A DNA stretch of 63,769 nucleotides from a bacterium (lineage in GTDB: Bacteria; Patescibacteriota; Dojkabacteria; B142; OLB20). The notes beneath the pieces were generated by a model, which saw nothing but the letters and a program-made list of their open reading frames with translations, did not search any database and was not told where the DNA came from. Position 1 is the stretch's first letter. Each line of letters begins with the position of its first letter. Shown in pieces: positions 27,978-37,923 of the stretch. The position numbers and the translations under genes are program-made. The stretch lies in contig JBAXHO010000002.1 of NCBI GenBank assembly GCA_037138855.1, forward strand, positions 1 to 63,769, given 5' to 3'.

Positions 27978-28757
27978 TCAGGAATTATCCTGACTTTTAT
28001 CATTATTTAAACAATATTCCCCAACACACGTCCGACGAATCGCAAAAGTAACGGCTGGAATTTGAATCATTTTTCCCAATTCCTGAACTAGACTTCTCAC
28101 ATAAGTTCCACTGGAACAAGTAACCTCCAAATTTAGCAATATAAAGCTTTGATTTTTATCAAACTGATTTAATTGTTCTTGCCAAATATCCTTAATTTCT
28201 TTTTGGCGAAAATCACCGTGCACCAGTGCTAATCTATTTTTTATTTCTATTAACAAATTTTTAGATTTGATTTCTGTAATATTAATCAGCTGTAAATTCT
28301 TGATTTGCACTGCTTTAGTAGGAATAACAATTTGTGCTAACTTCTCTTCACGGGCATAACGATAAAGTGGTATCCCGGCAATAGTTTTAGCTGAATATGG
28401 TGGATAAGGCATCGACCACTCGCTGGGAAAATCTGTAATTGCGGAACGCACTAGTTGTTCAATATTATTTGGAATATTTTTCGCAGTAAAGTAAGTGAGC
28501 TTTCCTAATAAATCATAACTATCAGTTGAAAAACCTAAAAGAACTGTAAATAAATAATGCTTCTCAAGATTTTGAAATTTGTCGCGTTCCTGACAGGTCG
28601 CACCAGATAATATTAACAACAAGCCTGTAGCCATTGGATCAAGTCGGCCGGCATAAGCTAACTTCACGCCTTGTAGATCAGAATGTTTAGTCCGAAATTG
28701 CTCAAGCGCCTCTAGTGGTGTCTGACCAAGCGATTTATCAAGACAAAATACTGCCAT
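27978..28757 (-). CDS. truB: tRNA pseudouridine(55) synthase
   Basis: GRLDPMATGLLLIL catalytic Asp motif. The start abuts the stop of the upstream kinase gene. Confidence 0.9.
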   Translation of the reverse strand: MAVFCLDKSLGQTPLEALEQFRTKHSDLQGVKLAYAGRLDPMATGLLLILSGATCQERDKFQNLEKHYLFTVLLGFSTDSYDLLGKLTYFTAKNIPNNIEQLVRSAITDFPSEWSMPYPPYSAKTIAGIPLYRYAREEKLAQIVIPTKAVQIKNLQLINITEIKSKNLLIEIKNRLALVHGDFRQKEIKDIWQEQLNQFDKNQSFILLNLEVTCSSGTYVRSLVQELGKMIQIPAVTFAIRRTCVGEYCLNNDKSQDNS

Positions 28758-30590
28758 TTAAAGTAAGGAAAAATAAAAAATTGTCCCCTTATTGAGCTTA
28801 GATTCAAACCAGATTTTTCCACCATGTCCTTCAATAATTGCTTTGGAAATATAGAGTCCGAGACCAGTTCCTTCAGTTTGTGTTTTCACTGCATTATCAG
28901 CCCGGAAAAATTTTTTAAACATATCAGAGTAACTTTTTTTGGGAATTCCCAGTCCTTGATCTTTTACTGAAAATATATGTTCTTTACCTTTCAAATGATA
29001 GGAGATTTCAATCTTTGTACCATTTGGTGAATATTTAATAGCATTACTAACAAGATTTTTTAAAACCTGGGCAATTTTTTCAGGATCAATATGTAATCGT
29101 AAAAACTTCGGAAACGACTCATCAACAATAATTTGAATCTTTTTTTGATCAGCAATAATCTTCTGATCTTTGATTGTTTCTTGTACTAAAGGAATAAAAT
29201 CAGTAATTACCTTGCTAATACTAAACTTTCTGCCAACTTCAATCCTGGAAACATTTAGTAAATCTTCTACTAGCTTTATCATCCGGTTATTACTTTCTTC
29301 AATATTATTAAAAAATTCACGCTGTTCTGCTGAAAACTTACCAAGACCACTATCTTTTAGTAATTCCAAATACCAGCGAATTCCAGTCAAAGGTGTCCGT
29401 AATTGATGTGAAGCCACTGAGACAAATTCCGATTTCATACGATCCACTTCCCTTTCTTTTGTAATATCACGAAAAACAACGACACAACCTATTACTGCTC
29501 CTTCAGAATTGATTATTGGTGAAGAAGAATCTCCTACCGGCATTTCTACCAGATCTTTTTTAATTAATAACGTACCAGGATTAATTTGCGAAACTACTCC
29601 CTTATCAAAAACGTTATCCAAAAATCGATAATCACTTTCTCTCGTCTTTTCATTAATAAACTGCAATTTTGTCCGGAATTTTTTCTGCATTAACTCTTCA
29701 AGTTGAAATCCAGTAAGCATCTCCACAGACTCATTCGCCATAACTACCCGTTCATTGATATCCAATACCACTACTCCATCACCAATACTATGTAAAATTG
29801 TATTTAATCTTTCTTTTTCTTCAAAAACCTTATATTTTTCTTCTTCTACATCTTCAAAAACATTTAGTATAGCTGCTTCAGCATTTTCTAAAGTACTATT
29901 TTTTATTTCCAGTTCTTTGAAATGCTTATCTAATTCTTTTTCTGATTGCTGCAATTTAGAAACTTGCAATGACAAATTCCGATTGATCAACTGTAAATCA
30001 TCTTTTTGTGCAGCAATTTTCAACTGTGCTCCTTCATTTATACGTTGATAAGCAATCACTAATAACGAAACTCCAGAAAAACTAAGAATATAGATTAAGT
30101 TTTGAATATTAGTATAAGGTAATTCAATAAATCCTAAATTTCTTAACAATCCTAAAATAATAACAATCATAAAATATAAAAAGGTATAATAAACACCATA
30201 AGCCACACCTACTAATAAATAGACTATTACTGGAAAAAAGAAATTAAGATAATAACCAGTATGATCAAATCCCCCAACGATCGTATTATTAACAAGCATA
30301 ATTAAGGTAACTAATACACCCAAATGCATCGGAAAAGAAGAACGTGGAGCTTTCCACTGCAGATAAAATGCCACTAAAATACATAATGACAAGGTCAATT
30401 CCAAAAAAGCAGCAAAATAATCCCGAACCAAGAAGTTCGTGACTGAGAATGAAAAAATAATTACTAAACCAAACAAACCAATAATCTGTATCGTGAAGCG
30501 TCGATAATATTCAGAATTACCAACTTCTAATAAGTGTTTTTCAGCAATTTTTTTAATTAAATTATTCAGCATTTTTATCCTGATTTTCAA
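28758..30590 (-). CDS. multi-pass membrane sensor histidine kinase (TM region, coiled coil, PAS, HisKA, HATPase)
   Basis: H-box SHQLRTPLT, N-box LVSNAIKYS, G-boxes DQGLGI and GTGLGL. About 6 N-terminal TM helices. Confidence 0.9.
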   Translation of the reverse strand: MKIRIKMLNNLIKKIAEKHLLEVGNSEYYRRFTIQIIGLFGLVIIFSFSVTNFLVRDYFAAFLELTLSLCILVAFYLQWKAPRSSFPMHLGVLVTLIMLVNNTIVGGFDHTGYYLNFFFPVIVYLLVGVAYGVYYTFLYFMIVIILGLLRNLGFIELPYTNIQNLIYILSFSGVSLLVIAYQRINEGAQLKIAAQKDDLQLINRNLSLQVSKLQQSEKELDKHFKELEIKNSTLENAEAAILNVFEDVEEEKYKVFEEKERLNTILHSIGDGVVVLDINERVVMANESVEMLTGFQLEELMQKKFRTKLQFINEKTRESDYRFLDNVFDKGVVSQINPGTLLIKKDLVEMPVGDSSSPIINSEGAVIGCVVVFRDITKEREVDRMKSEFVSVASHQLRTPLTGIRWYLELLKDSGLGKFSAEQREFFNNIEESNNRMIKLVEDLLNVSRIEVGRKFSISKVITDFIPLVQETIKDQKIIADQKKIQIIVDESFPKFLRLHIDPEKIAQVLKNLVSNAIKYSPNGTKIEISYHLKGKEHIFSVKDQGLGIPKKSYSDMFKKFFRADNAVKTQTEGTGLGLYISKAIIEGHGGKIWFESKLNKGTIFYFSLL

Positions 30591-31881
30591 ATTTATATAA
30601 ACGCTGTTTCAAATCCAGCATCTTAAGTTCTCTGCCAATCATCGCGCGATTTAATTTTTCCAATTGTAGCACTTTATTATTTAACTTTTGCGTTTGGAAA
30701 AGTACTTTTTGTTCCTCATTTTCCCGTAACACCAGTAATTTATTAATCATCTTATTAAATGCTCCAGCTAGGGTACCAATTTCATTATCAATAGTTTCAT
30801 CTGCCTGTAGTTCATAATGCCCGGAAGCAATCCGGTTAGCGATAAATGTGATTTTTCGCAATGGTTCCAATGTTTTAGAAATTATAATGCCCAGCAAAAT
30901 GCTCATACAAAATAACATTCCAAGAATCATTAACCCCTGTCGCATCACACTAAAATCAATACTTTGAATATTTTGTGTAATATCAGTTTCCAGCACCAGA
31001 TAATATCTGGTATTAGGAATTTGATTGATATTAAATAAAATTTTATTACTGCCTTGCGAAGTGATCTGATTTAAAAAATATGTTTGATCAAGATACTGAT
31101 TCTGTAGGAAAGAAAAATCTGGCACTAATCCTATGGAATTTAGCGATTGATTTGAATATCGCTGCTCTTTTTTAAATATAGCAAGCGTTTCAGGTGAAAG
31201 AGGTGCTACACTGGAAAATACTTCTGAAGGATCACAGGAATGAACTATTACACCGTAATCATCCAGAATTTTAAACATGATTTGATTATTCCTAGCAGCA
31301 GCTTCTTTTAATAAATAATTTTGAAATTGATCAGCGTTCATACTTCCAGAAATGATTCCAATAATTTTTTCATTCTGATAAATTGGAATTGCAATATAAT
31401 AACTATAAACATTAGATGTCATACCTATTGCTCCATAAATTGAAGCTTTGCCCTGAATACTTTCCTGAAAATAGGGACGAAAACTATAATCAATACCAAG
31501 ATTTTTAGAATTGCTTGAAGCAATCGCAATTCCTTTTTGATCCAAAATATTAATCACATCAAATAATTTCAAATTATTTGAATATTTTAAAATTTCAGAA
31601 ATATTTGATTCCTGGTCTTTTTGGGGGGCTTGAATAAAATCAATAATCTGCAAATTCTGGGCAATCCCTGCTAATTCCTGATGAGGATTATCAAATAATT
31701 CATAGATATTTGTGACATAATGATCGGCATATACTTCAGAAAGCTTTTTTTGTTCTGATAATAATGTCTGGCGTATAGTAATGTAATAAAAGAAAATAAA
31801 AATTGCACCAAACAATGTGAAAAAGAATACAATATAAGTAATTATTCGAAATGATAATGATTGTATGCGTTTAGTCTTCAT
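30562..31881 (-). CDS. dCache-HAMP sensor protein without output domain
   Basis: TM, Cache-like ectodomain (YFQESIQGKASIYG...IAIPIYQNEKIIGIISG), TM, HAMP. Ends in the helix LNRAMIGRELKMLDLKQRL. No kinase, MCP or GGDEF motifs. Confidence 0.75.
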   Translation of the reverse strand: MKTKRIQSLSFRIITYIVFFFTLFGAIFIFFYYITIRQTLLSEQKKLSEVYADHYVTNIYELFDNPHQELAGIAQNLQIIDFIQAPQKDQESNISEILKYSNNLKLFDVINILDQKGIAIASSNSKNLGIDYSFRPYFQESIQGKASIYGAIGMTSNVYSYYIAIPIYQNEKIIGIISGSMNADQFQNYLLKEAAARNNQIMFKILDDYGVIVHSCDPSEVFSSVAPLSPETLAIFKKEQRYSNQSLNSIGLVPDFSFLQNQYLDQTYFLNQITSQGSNKILFNINQIPNTRYYLVLETDITQNIQSIDFSVMRQGLMILGMLFCMSILLGIIISKTLEPLRKITFIANRIASGHYELQADETIDNEIGTLAGAFNKMINKLLVLRENEEQKVLFQTQKLNNKVLQLEKLNRAMIGRELKMLDLKQRLYKFENQDKNAE

Positions 31882-33271
31882 TTTTTAATTTGGCTATTTC
31901 TTTTTTTAATTCGATCATTTTTAATTCTCGACCAATCATCAAGCGATTGATCTCTTTTAATTTTTCATTCCGACCGGCAAGTATTTGATTTGATTGCTCC
32001 AAATTTTTCTCCACATCAGTACGATGAATTGCTAATCCAATCATTTGAGCTGCAGTCTGAAGAGCATCAATCTCAATCACTGACCATGTCTTAGCTGAAA
32101 TACAATCATCAAAACCAATAAACCCCCACCAGTGCTTTTCAATCCAGATAGGAACAATTAGAATAGAGATAATTTTTTGTTTGGTCAATATCAACTGCTC
32201 TGCTTTGGGAAAATCAGCCACTATTCCAGCAATTATTTTCTGATTACTTAAAAGCTCAACCCATCTTTGAAATCCTGAGCGTTGATAAGCAAATCCTTGT
32301 AAAGACTGATTATTGATTTCTGAAACTATTCCATGATTAGTCCATTCAAAAAGTTGCTTCGCTGATAACTGATTAGCTTCATTAGTATAGTTCTCAAATA
32401 GGTATATACGACTAACATCAGCTGCTTTTCCAAGTTTTTCAAGCACTGACGGAATTTTATCTGACCAGACATTAGCAATTAAGAATTTCCCAGCAACAAA
32501 ATTGATTGCTTCAATAATTTTTTCACGTCGTTCTGTTAATAACGTTTGTTCCTTTTGTGCAGAAATATCATCAATTACTAACAATACTCCCAGACTTTGC
32601 AATTCTTCTTTGACTAAAAAGCCTTTTACATCTAAGGTAATTAATTTTCCTTCGACTTCCTGAACCAACTCGAGACGATGATTGACATCTTCTTTAATAA
32701 TTTTCGTAAATAGTTGATCAAGTGTGGTTAAATTTTTTTTGCTAAATATGTGTGCTAATTGAGCATGTGACGCTCCTGAAAAACCTTTCCTACTAATCCG
32801 AAATAATTGATAGAAAAATTTATTTGCTTTAATAATATCCTTCTGAAGATTAATAATCAAAATTGCGCTATCCCAAACTTCAAGCAATAAATCAGTAGTT
32901 AGTTCTGATTTTCCTAAATGTAAATGTGTCCTGTTATTTTCATTTTTTAACCAGCGCAAATAATTGAGGAAATAAGTGAGTCGCTCTGCTAGAGAAAGTT
33001 TGATATGCAAATTGTCTGGAATTAATTCTTTTGCTAGCCCGGCAAATTCTTCTAGAATTGCATTTTGATCAACAAGCTGTTTTTCTGTTTGCAGGATCTC
33101 TTCCACATCTTTGTTGTCTTTAGCTGTTATTTTTTGTTGTAACAACAAGATTTGTTTTTCAAATTTTTGGTATGACTGATCGACTTGTGCCAACAATTTT
33201 TGCTCAGCTTTCGACAAATCGGAAATGCTATGAATACTAGTTTTAATTTGGTTGCGGAGCAGTTGATTCAT
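31871..33271 (-). CDS. cytoplasmic coiled-coil/PAS/GAF sensor protein without output domain
   Basis: GAF hallmarks (VSRIYLFEN...IVPIWIEKHWWGFIGFDDC). Ends INRLMIGRELKMIELKKEIAKLK. Overlaps the next gene by 11 nt. Confidence 0.7.
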   Translation of the reverse strand: MNQLLRNQIKTSIHSISDLSKAEQKLLAQVDQSYQKFEKQILLLQQKITAKDNKDVEEILQTEKQLVDQNAILEEFAGLAKELIPDNLHIKLSLAERLTYFLNYLRWLKNENNRTHLHLGKSELTTDLLLEVWDSAILIINLQKDIIKANKFFYQLFRISRKGFSGASHAQLAHIFSKKNLTTLDQLFTKIIKEDVNHRLELVQEVEGKLITLDVKGFLVKEELQSLGVLLVIDDISAQKEQTLLTERREKIIEAINFVAGKFLIANVWSDKIPSVLEKLGKAADVSRIYLFENYTNEANQLSAKQLFEWTNHGIVSEINNQSLQGFAYQRSGFQRWVELLSNQKIIAGIVADFPKAEQLILTKQKIISILIVPIWIEKHWWGFIGFDDCISAKTWSVIEIDALQTAAQMIGLAIHRTDVEKNLEQSNQILAGRNEKLKEINRLMIGRELKMIELKKEIAKLKNED

Positions 33272-33431
33272 TTTTACTGAAATATTCTCGAAAACACATT
33301 ACAAATATACACGCTTTTCAACACGATGACAATAAGTACTTCTTCGGCTCAGATCTTATTGGGAGCTTGATTTGAAGCTACTTGTTATATAAGTTTAAAA
33401 AATATATATTATGTATAATTAAAATATTTTT

Positions 33432-34955
33432 ATGAATGTACATTTTTCTTGGATTTCTCTGATTTTAATCTACAATACCTTTGTTTTACTCTTTTTAGGC
33501 TTCAATACCAGCCAGAAATTAAATACGTTAGGAGCTAAATATTTCATGGGTTTAATGTTTGCTGGTGCTTGGTGGAATGCCATGGTCGCTCTGGAAAGCA
33601 TTTCACTGAGTCTAAATTTGCGAATTTTCTGGTCACAGTTATGTTATCTTGGTATTGTATCTGTACCTGTCTGCTGGCTGCTTTTCTGCATCGAATATAC
33701 CAGAAAAAAAAGTCTTTCCCAATATTATTCCCGTTTTTTGCTTTGGATAGTTCCTATTATTACCTTATGTTTAGTGGCTACTAATAATTATCATCATCTA
33801 ATTTGGACCAGTTTTTCACTAAATGGTAATTCAATACTTTCAGGCGTAGTCTATCATCATGGAGCATTATTTTATTTTCATATGATCTATGCTTATTTTC
33901 TGCTTTTCGTAGGTGGAATTCTCCTTTTTCAGGAATTAGTTACCAATAAAAAAATCAAAAAACAACGCGCAATGATTTTATTAGTTGCTATTTTGTCACC
34001 TTGGCTAGGTAACATCATTTATAATTTCACCCCGCTTAGTCAATATTTCAGTGTCGAGTTTACTCCGATTGCTTTAGCAATTACCGGGCTGGTAATCACT
34101 TATGGGATCAGACGCTTTCAATTTCTCAATGTATTACCCGAAGCAATTGACAGTGTATTCGAAAGTTTGACAAACGCTTTAATAGTGATAAACAATAATC
34201 AGGAAATTATTGCCTTTAATTCTGCTGCTCAAAAAATTTTCAATCAGGAATTAAAAAGTGGAGTTCTCATCAAAACCCTAAATATTCCAGATTTAAACTT
34301 ATCCAAAATGCTTCAGAGAAAAAATACCTCTTATAACTATTTCAATTCTCAATTAACCAAATGGCTCGAAATATCATACTTTGAATTAAATACTAAAAAT
34401 AATCAGCTAATTGGCAAAGTAATTCAGTTTAATGATATTTCCCGGATTAAAGAATCAGAAAATTATTTAAGTACTATTATTGATTTTCTTCCTGATGCCA
34501 CATTTGTAATTGATACCAAGGGAAAGATTATTATTTGGAATAAAGCAATGGAAATTCTCTCTGGAAAAAAAGCACTGGATATAATTGGTAAAGGAAATCA
34601 TGAAGCAGCTATCGCCTTTTATAATAAACGTCGTCCCATGTTGATTAATTTTGCCTTAACTCAAAACATTGCTGAAGCAGAAAAACTTTATGAGAATTTT
34701 GATTACCAGGGAAAAACTTTTTTTGCAGAAATCTTAAATACTACTTTACGTAACCGTGGCACTTATTTATGGAATATCGCCAGACCAATTTACAATAGTG
34801 AAGGAAAAACGATCGGGGCGATAGAATCAATTCGTGATATCAGCGATTCCAAGCGAACTGAGAAACAATTACAAGCGAAAATAAAAGAGCTCTCCAGCTT
34901 AAATGAATTAATCACTGCCAGAGAGCTCAAATCAATTGATCAAGAAAATCAATAG
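33432..34955 (+). CDS. 7TM-PAS-PAS sensor protein without output domain
   Basis: Seven N-terminal TM helices (histidine-kinase 7TM-type), two PAS-like modules. Ends LNELITARELKSIDQENQ. No H-box or ATPase. Confidence 0.7.
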   Translation: MNVHFSWISLILIYNTFVLLFLGFNTSQKLNTLGAKYFMGLMFAGAWWNAMVALESISLSLNLRIFWSQLCYLGIVSVPVCWLLFCIEYTRKKSLSQYYSRFLLWIVPIITLCLVATNNYHHLIWTSFSLNGNSILSGVVYHHGALFYFHMIYAYFLLFVGGILLFQELVTNKKIKKQRAMILLVAILSPWLGNIIYNFTPLSQYFSVEFTPIALAITGLVITYGIRRFQFLNVLPEAIDSVFESLTNALIVINNNQEIIAFNSAAQKIFNQELKSGVLIKTLNIPDLNLSKMLQRKNTSYNYFNSQLTKWLEISYFELNTKNNQLIGKVIQFNDISRIKESENYLSTIIDFLPDATFVIDTKGKIIIWNKAMEILSGKKALDIIGKGNHEAAIAFYNKRRPMLINFALTQNIAEAEKLYENFDYQGKTFFAEILNTTLRNRGTYLWNIARPIYNSEGKTIGAIESIRDISDSKRTEKQLQAKIKELSSLNELITARELKSIDQENQ

Positions 34956-34959
34956 CTAA

Positions 34960-36426
34960 TTAACGCTGCACGAAAGTCAATGCTTTTCCCTGCTGATCAC
35001 CACGACCGGTTCGGCCAATTCGGTGAACATAATCATCAAAAGTGTTTGGTTCATCGAAATTGATCACATGAGAAACATTGGAAATATCTAAGCCACGTGC
35101 TGCTACATCAGTTGCTAAAAGAATATTAACCACACCCTTTTTAAAATTTTGAATCGAACGATTTCGTTCATTTTGACGTTTATCACCATGAATGGAAGCG
35201 ACGCCTATACCTTTTTGACTCAAGGCTTTTTGTAATGTATCAACATAACGTTTCGTACCAACGAAAACGAGCACTTTCGTGGCTGTTTCATCACGTAAAA
35301 TCCCTTCCAATAAACCAAGTTTTTCCTGACGGTCACTAAAACGGATAACGTCTTGGTCCACATTTTGAGAAGTATCAGCACTTTTCACGGAAATTTTGAC
35401 AAATTCATTTTGCATAATTTCTGTAATTAGTCTTTCTACTTTTTGATTAGAAGTCGCTGAAAAAAATGAAGTATGTTTCTGTTTTGGTAAACAAGCGACG
35501 ATCTGACGAATTGGATCGACAAAACCCATATCCAGCATCCGGTCAACTTCATCTAAAACAAGATTATTGATCTGAGAAAAATTGATGATGTTACGTTTCT
35601 GTAAATCCAATAAACGACCAGGTGTACCAATAATAAAATTATAGCCACGGCGAATATTATCGATCTGCCAGTTAATATTGGTTCCGCCAGTACAACGTAC
35701 CGAATAAAGTCGTAAATTTCTGCTTAAAGCGTAAAATTCTTCATTGATCTGATCAGCAAGTTCTCTTGTTGGTGTGACAATCAAGACTTTTTGCCCCGGA
35801 AGATTAAGTGATTTCTGAATTAAAGGAATCAAAAAAGCTGCAGTCTTACCGGTACCGGTATTAGCTATACCTAAAATATCTTTTCCCTCAAGCATTTTTA
35901 GAACAACATCATTTTGAATTGGTGTGGGTACTGTATACCCTTTATTTAAAATATTTTTTGCCAAATCTGCATGCAAATCAAGATCTGCATATTTAAAAGC
36001 AGGAGTAAAAACAGCTTTATTTTCCACAGGGACAGCCTTTCTAATATACATTGCTGTGTTTAAAGTTTCCTTGCGGATTTTATTTTTAGAATTACCAAAA
36101 CGACTGTCGGAAAAGGAACGCTGTGGAGGACGATTGCCTCCAAAATTGCCTTTACCGCGGTTATCATTGAAACGATTTCCATTATAACCACTGCGTTCAC
36201 CCCGATCCGAATAAGATCTGGAATATGAATCACTATAAGTCCTTCGTGGACTAGCTACATTGCCAGACTCCAAAGAACGCTTTGGAAAAGAATTACTGTA
36301 AGATTTGCGTGGACTGACAGCATTACCTGATTCTGGTGAACGTTGTGGAAAAGATTTCCGAAACGGTCTACTCTCGCGATTATTAAAATTGGACGTTCGC
36401 GGTCCCTGATTTTGAAATTTCAACAT
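34960..36426 (-). CDS. DEAD-box ATP-dependent RNA helicase with N-terminal low-complexity extension
   Basis: Q motif/TPIQ, ANTGTGKTAAF, DEVD (a DEAD variant), SAT, HRIGRTGR. About 115 N-terminal residues are rich in R/S/G/N and include a 19-aa tandem duplication. Confidence 0.92.
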   Translation of the reverse strand: MLKFQNQGPRTSNFNNRESRPFRKSFPQRSPESGNAVSPRKSYSNSFPKRSLESGNVASPRRTYSDSYSRSYSDRGERSGYNGNRFNDNRGKGNFGGNRPPQRSFSDSRFGNSKNKIRKETLNTAMYIRKAVPVENKAVFTPAFKYADLDLHADLAKNILNKGYTVPTPIQNDVVLKMLEGKDILGIANTGTGKTAAFLIPLIQKSLNLPGQKVLIVTPTRELADQINEEFYALSRNLRLYSVRCTGGTNINWQIDNIRRGYNFIIGTPGRLLDLQKRNIINFSQINNLVLDEVDRMLDMGFVDPIRQIVACLPKQKHTSFFSATSNQKVERLITEIMQNEFVKISVKSADTSQNVDQDVIRFSDRQEKLGLLEGILRDETATKVLVFVGTKRYVDTLQKALSQKGIGVASIHGDKRQNERNRSIQNFKKGVVNILLATDVAARGLDISNVSHVINFDEPNTFDDYVHRIGRTGRGDQQGKALTFVQR

Positions 36427-36644
36427 GAAAATTCATTAAAAAATAAGTCCCCTTAGCTTTGGAAACAGCTCGCCAGTGCACGTAAACACATGTGATAAAC
36501 TCAAACGAAAGAAATTAAGGGAGATTCCTTCCGGAGTGAAGACTCCGAAAGTTCAAAACATTTTGAAACGAAGCCTGCTGAATACAAGGTTTAATTATAC
36601 TCTAAATATATAAGAATAGGAAATGAAAGGAGAGAAAATGATTT

Positions 36645-37823
36645 TTACCCTAATTGTCCTCCCCAGATATAATCTTGAAAAGACTTATTTAAATTCTTAC
36701 CAACTAAAAAAACATTTTTCAATTGTAATTCACTAGCACGATTTTGTAATAATACTAAATCCTGATTGGTAGGTGTTTCCTTTGCCTCGATTGCAAAACT
36801 GGAATCCACAATAAAATCAATTTCCTTAGTGCGATTTTCAAAGTAATTTAACTGTTTCGAGTAAGCTAATTGGGAAGCAATGGCATTTTCAAACTTAGCT
36901 CCAGAAGAAACTATAGCATTCTGATTTAAAATACCATTATCAATGAAATATACCTTCTCCTGTTTCCTTGCTTGAACATCAGCTGAATAACTAAAAACTT
37001 CTACCAATTTTATCAAATATGTTTTGGACATAAACTCCAAATATGCATCAATGGTAATTCTGGAAATCCCTAGTACTGCTCCTAACTCAGTTGTATTTAG
37101 TTTAGAACCTACTCTAGCTGCAAGTAATTTTGCAAGTTTTCGAAACTCATCCAATGACTTGAAATCTGAAAGCGACTGTACATCCAAATTAATATATGAA
37201 CTATATGCATCTTCTAATAAAGCTTTCTTATCTGAAAGCTTAGCAGCTAAAACTACTTGAGGTAATCCGCCATATTCAATATATTCATCATAATAAGTCT
37301 GATATTTATTAAACATTTGTAAATTTAAAGAACCTGGATTAGTAAAATCAAATTCTGACTGGTAATTTATATCTTTAAATACTAAAAATTCAGAAAAAGT
37401 AAGTGGATACAGTTCAAAAATAATTTTACGACCAGCCAAAGATTCAGAAAAAAGATTTTTTAAATAATATGAACTTGATCCAGATAAAATAAATTTCACT
37501 GGATAAGTATCCTGAAGATATTTAACGATACTTGGTAAATTTTTCACAAATTGAATTTCATCAATTGCAATATAGATTTGTTCTGCCAAATTCAGTCCCA
37601 AATTTCGAAATTCATTTAATAAAGCATCATAATCATTAATAGAAAAAAGATCCCGATTAGCTACATTTTCCAGATCAAAATAATATTTATTTTCTGAATT
37701 AATCTGGCTCAATAACCATTTTATTGTGGTAGTTTTCCCTACTCTCCTTGGACCAGTAATTACAATAGTTTGTGCGTCAGACAAATGCTCCTTGAGCCTC
37801 GCCCATATTTTGCGATTATACAT
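36645..37823 (-). CDS. AAA+ ATPase (AAA_14 / DUF4143 family)
   Basis: Walker A ITGPRRVGKTT, Walker B IAIDEIQ, C-terminal DUF4143-like region. Confidence 0.85.
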   Translation of the reverse strand: MYNRKIWARLKEHLSDAQTIVITGPRRVGKTTTIKWLLSQINSENKYYFDLENVANRDLFSINDYDALLNEFRNLGLNLAEQIYIAIDEIQFVKNLPSIVKYLQDTYPVKFILSGSSSYYLKNLFSESLAGRKIIFELYPLTFSEFLVFKDINYQSEFDFTNPGSLNLQMFNKYQTYYDEYIEYGGLPQVVLAAKLSDKKALLEDAYSSYINLDVQSLSDFKSLDEFRKLAKLLAARVGSKLNTTELGAVLGISRITIDAYLEFMSKTYLIKLVEVFSYSADVQARKQEKVYFIDNGILNQNAIVSSGAKFENAIASQLAYSKQLNYFENRTKEIDFIVDSSFAIEAKETPTNQDLVLLQNRASELQLKNVFLVGKNLNKSFQDYIWGGQLG

Positions 37824-37923
37824 AGTCAGTTATACGAAATTAATGTAAAATAGTATAGCACGCTATACAATAATGCACAATGTGCTTCAATTATTTTTAT
37901 TAATAAAACTGGAGTCACGTTTT

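Noticed and set aside
36638-36736. The only good Shine-Dalgarno-like site seen (AAAGGAGAGAAAATG), preceding a 32-codon plus-strand ORF
   Set aside because: The ORF is antisense to the 3' end of the AAA+ ATPase gene, is short and hydrophobic/basic, and no other gene in the window uses an SD. It is probably coincidental.
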